From IMG/VR virus record IMGVR_UViG_3300031519_000060, positions 1-42,079 of that record: 42,079 nucleotides of DNA. The stretch is one strand, 5' to 3'. This document shows, one piece after another, positions 33,828-42,079 of this stretch; the stretch's first letter is position 1; every line of letters starts with the position of its first letter. Below the pieces are notes generated by a model, which was not told the DNA's origin, did no database searches, and was given only the letters and a program-made list of their open reading frames with translations. Position numbers and translations under genes: made by a program. This stretch comes from a virus. Its lineage: Duplodnaviria > Caudoviricetes.

Positions 33828-34713
33828 TAAGGCCTCGGCCCAAAACAATGAACCTATTTGGTTTACTGAAAACGATACGAACGTAACAGAAATAAATATA
33901 GGTTCTCATTCACCTCATAAAATAATGGTGTGTACTCCTTGTCATAGTGATACCTCTATGCATTACACTCAATCAGTTTTAAAGTTTCAACAAGATTGTA
34001 TGCAAAAGAAAATACAAGTTAGTTTTACTTTGATGAAATCCTCTTTAGTTACTCAAGGTAGAAACTTGTGTGTAGCTGAAACCTTAAATCATGAGGATGG
34101 TTACACACATTTATTATTTATAGACTCCGATATAGACTTTCAGTCATCTACTATATTTAAAATGTTAGATGCAGACAAAGATGTTATTGCCTGTCCTTAT
34201 CCCATGAAGATGTTAGATTGGGATAAAATATGGAGAAGAATACAAACTAAAGAAGATGCTATTACCTCTGCTGAAGATTTAGCTAGAGCTGGTTATACAT
34301 ATCCTTTAAAGGTAGAAGACTCTGCTAATATACATAGTGAAAAAGGATTAATAGAAGTTACTCATGCTCCTACAGGATGTATGTTAATCAAAAGAGAAGT
34401 TTTAGAAAAAATGATTAATCATTACCCTGAGCTAGAAATATTTCAACCTACCTATATTAATGGTAAGGAAGAAAAAAAACACAATATGTGGAACTTGTTT
34501 GATACTATTCATGATCCTAAAACTAAACGTTATTTTGGAGAAGACTTTGGTTTTTGTCAAAGATGGGGTGATATGGGTGGTAAAGTACATGTCTATGTGA
34601 TGGATGTTATTACACACGTTGGAGAGTTTCAGTATTGCGGTCGTTTCTTTGATGATTTATATCAAGGTACAAGACCTGTAAAACCCATTGACGAAGACAA
34701 AAAAATCAAATAA
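33814..34713 (+). CDS. Glycosyltransferase, GT-A (GT2-like)
   Basis: SLVTQGRN, THLLFIDSDI (DxD), TGCMLIKR, GEDFGFC..W. Confidence 0.85.
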   Translation: MQKSNKASAQNNEPIWFTENDTNVTEINIGSHSPHKIMVCTPCHSDTSMHYTQSVLKFQQDCMQKKIQVSFTLMKSSLVTQGRNLCVAETLNHEDGYTHLLFIDSDIDFQSSTIFKMLDADKDVIACPYPMKMLDWDKIWRRIQTKEDAITSAEDLARAGYTYPLKVEDSANIHSEKGLIEVTHAPTGCMLIKREVLEKMINHYPELEIFQPTYINGKEEKKHNMWNLFDTIHDPKTKRYFGEDFGFCQRWGDMGGKVHVYVMDVITHVGEFQYCGRFFDDLYQGTRPVKPIDEDKKIK

Positions 34714-34716
34714 AGT
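34688..34716 (+). promoter_or_regulatory. Sigma70 promoter for the internal-protein operon
   Basis: TTGACG-17nt-TAAAGT. Confidence 0.55.
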
Positions 34717-34768
34717 ATTATATTACAGGATTTCTACGCCTGCTTAACAGTATAAATATATTTAAATT

Positions 34769-35473
34769 ATGGCGATTTCAAACATGCAACAACCTAGACA
34801 AATGTACGGCTTAGGAAGCTTTGTAAAAAAGATTGGTAGAGGAATTAAAGGAGCAGTTAAAAGTGTAGCTAACATAGCTAAGTCTCCTATTGGAAAAATA
34901 GCTTTATTAGGTGCTGCAACAATACCTTTTGGTGGACCAGGTGCTGCTTTAAAAGGTTTGGGTAGTTTTGTAGGAGGAAAACTTGGTAGCATGAACATGA
35001 GCACTAAAATAGGTTTAGGAAGTGCATTTGCTACTTACTTAGGGAGTAAAGGTATAGAAGGAGAGGAAGTAGAAGAAATAAAAAGAGACCCAGATAAATT
35101 GAGTATTTATCTAAAAGACTATTTTACTAAATTAAATCCTAATGCTAGTGATGAAGAAGTAGAACAGTTTATTACAGTTAATACAGCTGAGTATAGAGCA
35201 GAAGGTGGTAGAATTGGTTTAATGGGTGGTGCGATGCCTACAGGTATTATGAGATCAAATAAAGCTGGTACTATAGAACGAGACTATAGAGAGACTGGTG
35301 GATTTGTACCAGTTGGTATAAAAGAAAAAGCAGATGACGTACCTGCTATGTTAAGTAAAAACGAATTTGTAATGACAGCAGATGCTGTTAGAGGAATAGG
35401 TAATGGGGACATTGAAAAAGGTGCTCAAAGATTATATAATCAAATGAAACAAGCGGAGAAAAGAGTAGTATAA
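34769..35473 (+). CDS. Internal virion / ejection protein with a tape-measure-like C-terminal domain
   Basis: Amphipathic Gly-rich N-terminus; GGFV..ADDVPAMLSKNEFVMTADAVRG. Confidence 0.65.
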   Translation: MAISNMQQPRQMYGLGSFVKKIGRGIKGAVKSVANIAKSPIGKIALLGAATIPFGGPGAALKGLGSFVGGKLGSMNMSTKIGLGSAFATYLGSKGIEGEEVEEIKRDPDKLSIYLKDYFTKLNPNASDEEVEQFITVNTAEYRAEGGRIGLMGGAMPTGIMRSNKAGTIERDYRETGGFVPVGIKEKADDVPAMLSKNEFVMTADAVRGIGNGDIEKGAQRLYNQMKQAEKRVV

Positions 35474-36372
35474 TGGCAGAAGTAACAGAAACAAGGGTAC
35501 TCCCACCGGAGTTTATAGAAGCAGCTGGTAAAACTTATTTAGGTGATCTTGCTAAAGCAACAGGTCAATTTAAAGGTGCTGATTTATCAAAAGTATTTGG
35601 TAAACAATTTGTAGCTGGACAAGATCCTTTACAAGCACAAGCACAGACTTTAGCTACTCAAGGTATTGGTGCATATCAACCATTTTTAAAAACCGCAGGA
35701 GCTGCTCAAACTCAAGCAAGGACATTAGCAGGTCAAGCAGGTCAATTTGTTGGTCCTCAAGCTTACCAACAATTTATGTCTCCTTATCAACAGGATGTTA
35801 TTAGTGAGACGTTAAGAGAATTTGATGTACAAGCACAAAAAGGACTTCCAAGTATTGCAGCTCAAGCTGTAGGTAAAGGTGTTCTTGGTGGAGGTCGTGA
35901 AGGTGTAATGAGATCAGAGTATCAAACAACAAGCGACAGGAACCGGGCAGCATTACAAGCTCAATTATTACAACAAGGTTTTGGTCAAGCTCAACAAGCT
36001 GCAGGTCAAGCATTTGGTCAACAACAACAGTTGGCACAACAACAATTAGGTTTAGGTCAAGCTGCTTTAGGATTAGGTGGTCAACAACAATCATTCTTAG
36101 GTCAAGATGTTGGAGCCCTTTCAACTTTAGGTGCACAAAATCAAGCCTTAGCGCAATCACAATTACAAGCTCAACAACAGTTGGCTCAACAACAATTACA
36201 ACAGCCCTTAACTGCTGCTCAACAGTATGGTCAAGGTGTTACAAGTTTAATCGCTGGATATCCTGGCCAACAAACTCAAGTGACTGCGCCTAGTCCAAGT
36301 CCAATTGCAACAGCAATAGGAGCTGGTGGAACATTAGCAGGTATATATAGAGCTTTTGGATTAGGAGATTAA
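35473..36372 (+). CDS. Internal virion / DNA ejection protein (Gln/Gly/Ala-rich)
   Basis: FMSPYQQDVI, GGGREGV, Q-rich helices, hydrophobic C-terminus. Confidence 0.7.
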   Translation: MAEVTETRVLPPEFIEAAGKTYLGDLAKATGQFKGADLSKVFGKQFVAGQDPLQAQAQTLATQGIGAYQPFLKTAGAAQTQARTLAGQAGQFVGPQAYQQFMSPYQQDVISETLREFDVQAQKGLPSIAAQAVGKGVLGGGREGVMRSEYQTTSDRNRAALQAQLLQQGFGQAQQAAGQAFGQQQQLAQQQLGLGQAALGLGGQQQSFLGQDVGALSTLGAQNQALAQSQLQAQQQLAQQQLQQPLTAAQQYGQGVTSLIAGYPGQQTQVTAPSPSPIATAIGAGGTLAGIYRAFGLGD

Positions 36373-36373
36373 T

Positions 36374-37594
36374 ATGAAAACTTTTAGAAGACCTATGTTT
36401 AGAAAAGGTGGTAACGTAGGTGATGGTATCATGACTGGTATTGTAGATAGATCTATGCATGCTGAAGATCCTATTGTAACAGGAAATGATTCTTTTTTAT
36501 CTAATGTAGATATAGGTGAACCAAAAACTCAAGAACAATTTATAGAAGAAATTAAAGCTGGCGCTGGTGACTATGGAGGAATGGATCCTCTTACAAGTTT
36601 CTTATTAACTGCTGGACCAAACGTTGCAGGGGCTACAAGTTTTGCGGATGCAATTCAAAGATTACAACCAGGAACTCAACAACTACTTAAGGACCAAGCT
36701 GCTAAAGCTAAATACGATAGAGATATAAGAATGGCTGGAACTAAACTTGCACTAGCTGATCAACAAAAATTTGATGACAGAAGATTTGATTTAGCATTAA
36801 AAGCTGATGACAGATCTTACCAAAATTTTTTAAGAGATGATGAGAGAGAGTATCTTGCAGGCATTAAAAAAGATGACAGAATATATAATGAAGGTTTGAT
36901 TAAAGATGAAAGACAATTTAATTTAGATTTAATTAAAGACTCAAGAGCTTATGATAAATTACAGGTGGATGATAAAAGAGCATACGATGCTAAAATATTA
37001 GACGAATCTAGAAAATATAACGAGATGGAAAAAGAAGATCAAAGAGAATATGAGAAAAAATTAATTGAAGAAGGAAGAGCTTTTGAACTAGAGAAAATTA
37101 TAAGAGCAGAAGAGTTCCAAGAAAAACTTTATGACAAAGAACAAGAATCAGCTAAAAGATATACAGAAAAAGATTTTATAGAAGTTTATGAAGGTGATAC
37201 TTTACAAGCTAACAACAGAGCTAAGTTTGAAAATAGTAAATTAAAAACTACCTTTATAGAAAAATTTGGATCTCAGTTTGATGGATTTTTAAATGGACCT
37301 AATGATCCTCAAGAATCTACAATGATTAAAAAAGGACAGAATAAAAAAGTTGGTAAAGTTTACTACGATGTAAATACTGGTCAAGCTAAGATATACAATA
37401 AAAAAACTGATGGTACTTACGGATTCCAAGTAATTGATATTGAGACATATGTAAAACCAGACGCACCAAAAGGTAGTTCACAAGAAGAAAAAGATGCTGT
37501 GATAGACAAACGATTTGAAATTTTAAGTCCTGAACAAAGAAGAATAATAGAAGAAATACAAAATAAACCAGAAGATCCATATCCTGGGGCATAG
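36374..37594 (+). CDS. Internal virion protein with 11-residue repeats
   Basis: RRPMFRKGG N-terminus; about ten xxD(D/E)Rx(Y/F) hendecads. Confidence 0.65.
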   Translation: MKTFRRPMFRKGGNVGDGIMTGIVDRSMHAEDPIVTGNDSFLSNVDIGEPKTQEQFIEEIKAGAGDYGGMDPLTSFLLTAGPNVAGATSFADAIQRLQPGTQQLLKDQAAKAKYDRDIRMAGTKLALADQQKFDDRRFDLALKADDRSYQNFLRDDEREYLAGIKKDDRIYNEGLIKDERQFNLDLIKDSRAYDKLQVDDKRAYDAKILDESRKYNEMEKEDQREYEKKLIEEGRAFELEKIIRAEEFQEKLYDKEQESAKRYTEKDFIEVYEGDTLQANNRAKFENSKLKTTFIEKFGSQFDGFLNGPNDPQESTMIKKGQNKKVGKVYYDVNTGQAKIYNKKTDGTYGFQVIDIETYVKPDAPKGSSQEEKDAVIDKRFEILSPEQRRIIEEIQNKPEDPYPGA

Positions 37595-37602
37595 GAGATT
37601 AA

Positions 37603-40600
37603 ATGGCAGAGTTTTTACCTCTCAATAACGCCGAACAAGATAATGATACAGCGTGGTACACAGCGGCAGCAGCGGGTGTTGCGTCAGGTCTATTAAAAAT
37701 ACCTGAAGGTGTAGTCTCTCTTACAGCAGAACTAATTGATCTTGGAGCTGATACAAATACAGCAGCGAGTGTAGAACAATTTTTTGATAAACTAAATCCA
37801 TTTGAAGAGATAGCAGAAGAAAGAGCTATAGGTAAACTTACAGAAACATTAATACAGGTTGGTGTACCAGGCGCTATTGGATTTAAAGCAGCAAACAAGG
37901 TAGCTAGAAATCTTACAGCAAAAGCAATTAGAGCAAAAAAAGCTAATGCTTATGCTAATTTAAGAGGAGCTCCTGTTATGTCAGCAATAAATAAAGCTAG
38001 AGATTTAAATAAGAAATCTAAAAAATTTAGATATGCAGCAGCAATAGCTGGTGGCGCAGCAGGTGAAACGCTTGTGGCTGATGTAGAAAACATTGGATCG
38101 TTTGGAGATTTATTTGGTGGTGGTCCAACTAAAATGGACAGAGAAGAAAGTTTTGGTAGAGAAGATGCTACAAGAAAATTATTGAACCGACTTAAGTTTG
38201 GTTCTGAATCTTTATTAGTTACTCCGTTTGTATATGGTGCAGGTAAGTCTGCTAAGTTATTAGCTAACAGAGGTAAAGATCTTGCTTATAGTAATTCTAA
38301 ATTTGCAAGATGGTTAGATAAATATGTAAGAGCACCTCTTACTCCTCAAGGTGGTATGACAAAAGAATTATTTGGAGAAGAAACATTTAAACAAGCTTTA
38401 AAATCCAGAGACACAATAAGAGCAAAAGAACTTGTTGATAACATTACAAGAGAAGTAGATAATATATATCCTCAATCAGAAGTAATGTTTAACAAATCAG
38501 TAGCATCAGAAAAAGAAAAATTTTTAAAAGGTCTTAATGATGTTTTATTTAAAGGTAATATTAGAGAGAGAGTTGATCCTAAAGAATTAGATAATCTTTT
38601 AGATATAATGAAAAAAAGTAATGTGGGTGAGGAGTCTAGACAACTAATAGTTAATGGAATTAATAATGCCAGAGGTGAGTTTACTAATTTAATTAATATT
38701 TTAGACAATAATGTTTCGGGAGTAAAAAATAATAAGGGTGTAAAAGAACTTCAGTCTTTATTAAGTAGTCGAGTTAATGGATGGATAGGTGGTACCTACA
38801 AAATATTTGAAGATCAAGGTAAAGGTATATTTAAATTTTTTAAAAGATACGAACCGACTGATGAAGTAATTAATAATGCTACTAATTTTTTTAGAAGACA
38901 GATTGCAGCTGAGAATGGAGATGCAGCTTTTGATATAGCTGGAAATGCTTATCAAAAAGAAGCTAGTGTCATAGTAGATGACATTCTTAGAGAAGCTAGT
39001 CTTAGAGGTAAACCTAAAGATTTAAAATTTAATGACTATATTAATAAAACCATGGAGGGAAAACCAGGCGCTGAGTTTATAAGAAATGAAATAAAAGGAT
39101 CTAAGCTGCCACCAAAAGAGATTAGAGAATTGTTTGGAGAAGTTCAAGACCCAAGATATTCTATATTTAATGGTGTGACTAACTTATCTTCTGTAGCTAG
39201 AACATCAGAATATTTAAAAAGTGTAGCAGCTAAAAATGATCAAGTGCAAGCAGCTGGTGGTAGAGGATTTTTTTGGAATAACAAAGAAGCTTTTAGAGAA
39301 GGAGTAAATCAAAGAAACACAGGAATAACAGCTGTTAGTATGGATGATGTTATAAGTAAATTACCTGAAGCTGCTAATATACCTAATCCTTTAGCAGGTA
39401 AGCTTACTACCCCTGAGATAGCTGAAGCTATAAAAAATGCAAATAACATAGCAGGTGGCCTTCAAGGTTTTGTAAGAGGTGAAGGTAAAGAAGGAGCAGA
39501 GGCTGCGGTTAGTTGGATGTATAGAAATTTATTATTGTTTCCAAAAGGAGTTTCACAATTAGCAAAGACAGTATTCTCTATACCTACACATATAAGAAAC
39601 GTAATTAGTGCATTTGGTTTTGCTGGAGCAAATGGTAATTTATTTAATCCTGTAGAATTTTCTAGAGCATTTGCCGAGGGTATAGAAACTACAGGCCTTT
39701 TAAAAGCTGGTCCTCCAAGTGAAGCAGCGCAAGCAGCTTACAGAGAATTAGTCGAGCTTGGTGTTGTAAACTCACAGGTTCAAATAGGAGACTTAAAAGC
39801 TTTGTTACAAGATATTAGATTTGGTCAACAAGCTGCAAACGTAGACACAGTATTAAATCCTATGATGGCTAAGTTAAAAAAAGTAGGATCATTTTTTCAA
39901 GGGAAGTATGTAGCCGAGGATGATACTTTTAAAATAGCTAGTTTTGTAATGGAGAAAGCTAAATTAAAAAGTCGTTATGCTAAACGAGGTATAGAAGTAA
40001 CTGATGATGTTCTTAAAAGAGAAGCAGCTAACGTTGTAAAAAACACTGTACCTAATTATGCATTTGTTGGTTCTGCAGTTAGAACTGCAAGACTATTACC
40101 TGTGGGTAACTTTATGTCGTTTCCATCAGAGATGATTAGAACTACAACTAACATTGCTGAACTAGGTTTAAATGAAATGAGACACATACCTGCAGCAGGT
40201 GTAAGAATTAAAGGAAGTAATTTAGGTTTAACGGTTACTGAAATATTAGAAGATGGGACTGAGCAAGTTGTTAAGAACAATGCTCTCGATAGTGGGGCAT
40301 ATGGTGATGGAGTAAAAAGATTATTAGGTCTTGCTACATTTACAACAGCAGCTCCAGTTGCATTAACAGAAGGTGCAAAAGCTTTGTATGATATATCTCA
40401 AGACGAACTAGATGCATTAAGAAGATTTGTACCTGAGTGGTCCAAGAACTCTACACTGATTCCAATTAGAGATGATGATGGTGAGTTAAGATACATAGAC
40501 TTTAGTCACAGTAATGCTTATGATGTAATAGCTAGACCTTTAAGAACTGTTTTAAATAATATTCAAGATGGCCAAATGAATGACAAACAAGTATTGTCTA

Positions 40601-41598
40601 GTTTTGTAAGTGGAGTTAACGAAGCAGGTGCTGAAATTATGAACCCATTTATTTCAGAATCTATTTGGACAGAAGCTGCAGGAGATTTAACTGTTAGAGG
40701 TGGAGTAACTAAAGATGGTAGAAGATTATATACAGATCAAACATCTGCTGGTGACAAAGCTGCAATTAGATTTTTACATTTAGGAAATGCACTAGCACCA
40801 TCATACAAACAATTTGTAAGACTAGCTCAAGCTGCAACAGAAACACCGGATGCAAGGGGTAATGTATTGGATGTCGGGCCTGAGATAGCAGGCTTCATGG
40901 GACTTAGACCAATTAAAGTTGATCCATTAAAGTCAATGGGTTTTAAAATTTCTGGTTACCAAAGAGGTATTAGGGATGCAAGAAGAGAATTTACTGGTGG
41001 TTACTTTGGTTTATTAAAAGGTGGTCCAGTTGATCCTAATGATATTATTTTAAGATATATAAAATCAAACAAAGCTAAGTTTGATGTACAACAAAATATG
41101 TATAATGATTTAAATGCAGCTGAAACATTGGGTATAGCAAATAGTGATTTAAGAAGACAGTTTGATGAAAGACAAATTAGTAGTGAAGATTATAATAATT
41201 TAAGAAGAGGTAGGTTTGATCCTTATGTTCCATCAGGTGATATTGCAAATAAGTTTAGAGACATTGCAAATAATCTTGGTGAAGATAATCCATTCAGAGA
41301 AGCATTACCTGAATTAAATGATATAAGAAGAGAACTAAGACAACTACAATTAGGTGAGCCTTTTAGTATTGATCCATTAGAATTTTTAATACCACCTGCA
41401 CCACCAACACCACCATTGCCAACATCAGTTACTTCTGCAATGCCTAATAATCAAACAATTACACAAGCACAAACTATTTTAAATAATGCACAAATGGCTG
41501 CTGGTAATGGAGGATTGACACCATTAGAGAATGCATTATTATCTGAAGAAGAGAAACAAATTAGATTAAGAACTAGAGGAACGGGAGCAACAGTTTAA
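37603..41598 (+). CDS. Large internal virion / ejectosome protein (1331 aa)
   Basis: Last large late gene; helical; P.GNF.SFP.E..R motif; position equivalent to T7 gp16. Confidence 0.7.
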   Translation: MAEFLPLNNAEQDNDTAWYTAAAAGVASGLLKIPEGVVSLTAELIDLGADTNTAASVEQFFDKLNPFEEIAEERAIGKLTETLIQVGVPGAIGFKAANKVARNLTAKAIRAKKANAYANLRGAPVMSAINKARDLNKKSKKFRYAAAIAGGAAGETLVADVENIGSFGDLFGGGPTKMDREESFGREDATRKLLNRLKFGSESLLVTPFVYGAGKSAKLLANRGKDLAYSNSKFARWLDKYVRAPLTPQGGMTKELFGEETFKQALKSRDTIRAKELVDNITREVDNIYPQSEVMFNKSVASEKEKFLKGLNDVLFKGNIRERVDPKELDNLLDIMKKSNVGEESRQLIVNGINNARGEFTNLINILDNNVSGVKNNKGVKELQSLLSSRVNGWIGGTYKIFEDQGKGIFKFFKRYEPTDEVINNATNFFRRQIAAENGDAAFDIAGNAYQKEASVIVDDILREASLRGKPKDLKFNDYINKTMEGKPGAEFIRNEIKGSKLPPKEIRELFGEVQDPRYSIFNGVTNLSSVARTSEYLKSVAAKNDQVQAAGGRGFFWNNKEAFREGVNQRNTGITAVSMDDVISKLPEAANIPNPLAGKLTTPEIAEAIKNANNIAGGLQGFVRGEGKEGAEAAVSWMYRNLLLFPKGVSQLAKTVFSIPTHIRNVISAFGFAGANGNLFNPVEFSRAFAEGIETTGLLKAGPPSEAAQAAYRELVELGVVNSQVQIGDLKALLQDIRFGQQAANVDTVLNPMMAKLKKVGSFFQGKYVAEDDTFKIASFVMEKAKLKSRYAKRGIEVTDDVLKREAANVVKNTVPNYAFVGSAVRTARLLPVGNFMSFPSEMIRTTTNIAELGLNEMRHIPAAGVRIKGSNLGLTVTEILEDGTEQVVKNNALDSGAYGDGVKRLLGLATFTTAAPVALTEGAKALYDISQDELDALRRFVPEWSKNSTLIPIRDDDGELRYIDFSHSNAYDVIARPLRTVLNNIQDGQMNDKQVLSSFVSGVNEAGAEIMNPFISESIWTEAAGDLTVRGGVTKDGRRLYTDQTSAGDKAAIRFLHLGNALAPSYKQFVRLAQAATETPDARGNVLDVGPEIAGFMGLRPIKVDPLKSMGFKISGYQRGIRDARREFTGGYFGLLKGGPVDPNDIILRYIKSNKAKFDVQQNMYNDLNAAETLGIANSDLRRQFDERQISSEDYNNLRRGRFDPYVPSGDIANKFRDIANNLGEDNPFREALPELNDIRRELRQLQLGEPFSIDPLEFLIPPAPPTPPLPTSVTSAMPNNQTITQAQTILNNAQMAAGNGGLTPLENALLSEEEKQIRLRTRGTGATV

Positions 41599-41789
41599 TG
41601 ATTGAACCAGAAACTCAAAGAGAACATATTATTTCTTTACAGGGGTCTATGACAGGTATGAAAAAAGATTTAAAACATCTTCACCAAGATGTAGAAAAAT
41701 TGGGCGGCAAGATAGACAAAATCTATTGGGTAGTTTTAGCTACGGTGGGGGCTGTGGCTTTTCAATTGTTAGATAAATACGTTTTTTAA
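41598..41789 (+). CDS. Small coiled-coil protein with a C-terminal transmembrane helix
   Basis: HLHQDVEKL..KIDK then IYWVVLATVGAVAF; TAATG coupling. Confidence 0.65.
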   Translation: MIEPETQREHIISLQGSMTGMKKDLKHLHQDVEKLGGKIDKIYWVVLATVGAVAFQLLDKYVF

Positions 41790-42079
41790 ATCCAAGCTTT
41801 TAAATCTTCACCCATAATTTGAGTGGCGATATTTACTTTGTCACGTAAAGCTTTAACAATTTTTGTATCAACTGTATCTTCAGTTATAATATCAATGTAA
41901 GTCATTGGATACTCTTGTCCAATACGATCAATACGAGCCTCAGATTGTAAACGTTTTTCAAGATCATAACCATTTGAAAAATAAACCATTGTACTGGCAG
42001 CGGTCAATGTAATACCATAACCACCTGTTTGAGTAGTTCCTACAAAAAATCTACACTTGTCATCCTCTTGAAATTTTTT
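41786..42079 (-). CDS. SNF2-like (SF2) helicase C-terminus, truncated at the window edge
   Basis: KFQEDDKCRFFVGTTQTGGYGITLTAA..QSEARIDRIGQ (motifs V and VI); frame is open to base 42079. Confidence 0.88.
   Translation of the reverse strand, partial: KKFQEDDKCRFFVGTTQTGGYGITLTAASTMVYFSNGYDLEKRLQSEARIDRIGQEYPMTYIDIITEDTVDTKIVKALRDKVNIATQIMGEDLKAWI

Noticed and set aside
34724-34745. Purine riboswitch (TTTCTAC resembles the J2/3 strand)
   Set aside because: No three-way junction or P2/P3 kissing loops; far too short.
8635-40280. Many short minus-strand ORFs and alternative-frame plus ORFs (e.g. 11482, 11541, 23674, 25501) inside late genes
   Set aside because: They are nested in well-supported CDSs, lack RBSs and have shadow-like composition.
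1-42079. tRNA, integrase/att site, reverse transcriptase/DGR, intron or intein
   Set aside because: No cloverleaf, recombinase, RT or splicing motifs were recognised by eye, and TerL, portal and MCP are uninterrupted. A tRNAscan/HMM run would be needed to exclude them formally.

Overview
AT-rich fragment of a tailed dsDNA phage with podovirus gene content. Gene order and composition resemble marine SAR11 (Pelagibacter) podoviruses, most plausibly the HTVC023P type; this is an inference from recall, not a database result. Bases 1-4400 hold the end of a probable replication region, a minus-strand terminase small subunit, a PD-(D/E)XK nuclease, a GP88-like gene, small divergent ORFs with sigma70 promoters, and several families of short DNA repeats and palindromes. 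Bases 4405-41789 form one plus-strand late module: TerL, portal, a cluster of Lys-rich mini-proteins with a holin-like gene, GroES, scaffold, capsid proteins, adaptor and tail proteins, Trp-Gly-repeat and Gly/Pro-rich fibre proteins, seven tandem 2OG-Fe(II) oxygenase-fold genes, the tail nozzle, two glycosyltransferases and internal/ejection proteins. The window ends in the C-terminus of a minus-strand SNF2-like helicase. The most notable unexplained signals are: (i) the oxygenase cassette, whose downstream hairpin loop is complementary to the start of its first gene and whose internal genes share identical junction sequences; (ii) a compact double-pseudoknot 5'UTR at 16517-16588; (iii) a recurring Gly-Gly peptide motif in about ten otherwise unrelated late proteins; (iv) repeat and palindrome arrays that may mark the origin or genome ends. 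All functional calls come from motif recognition by eye.
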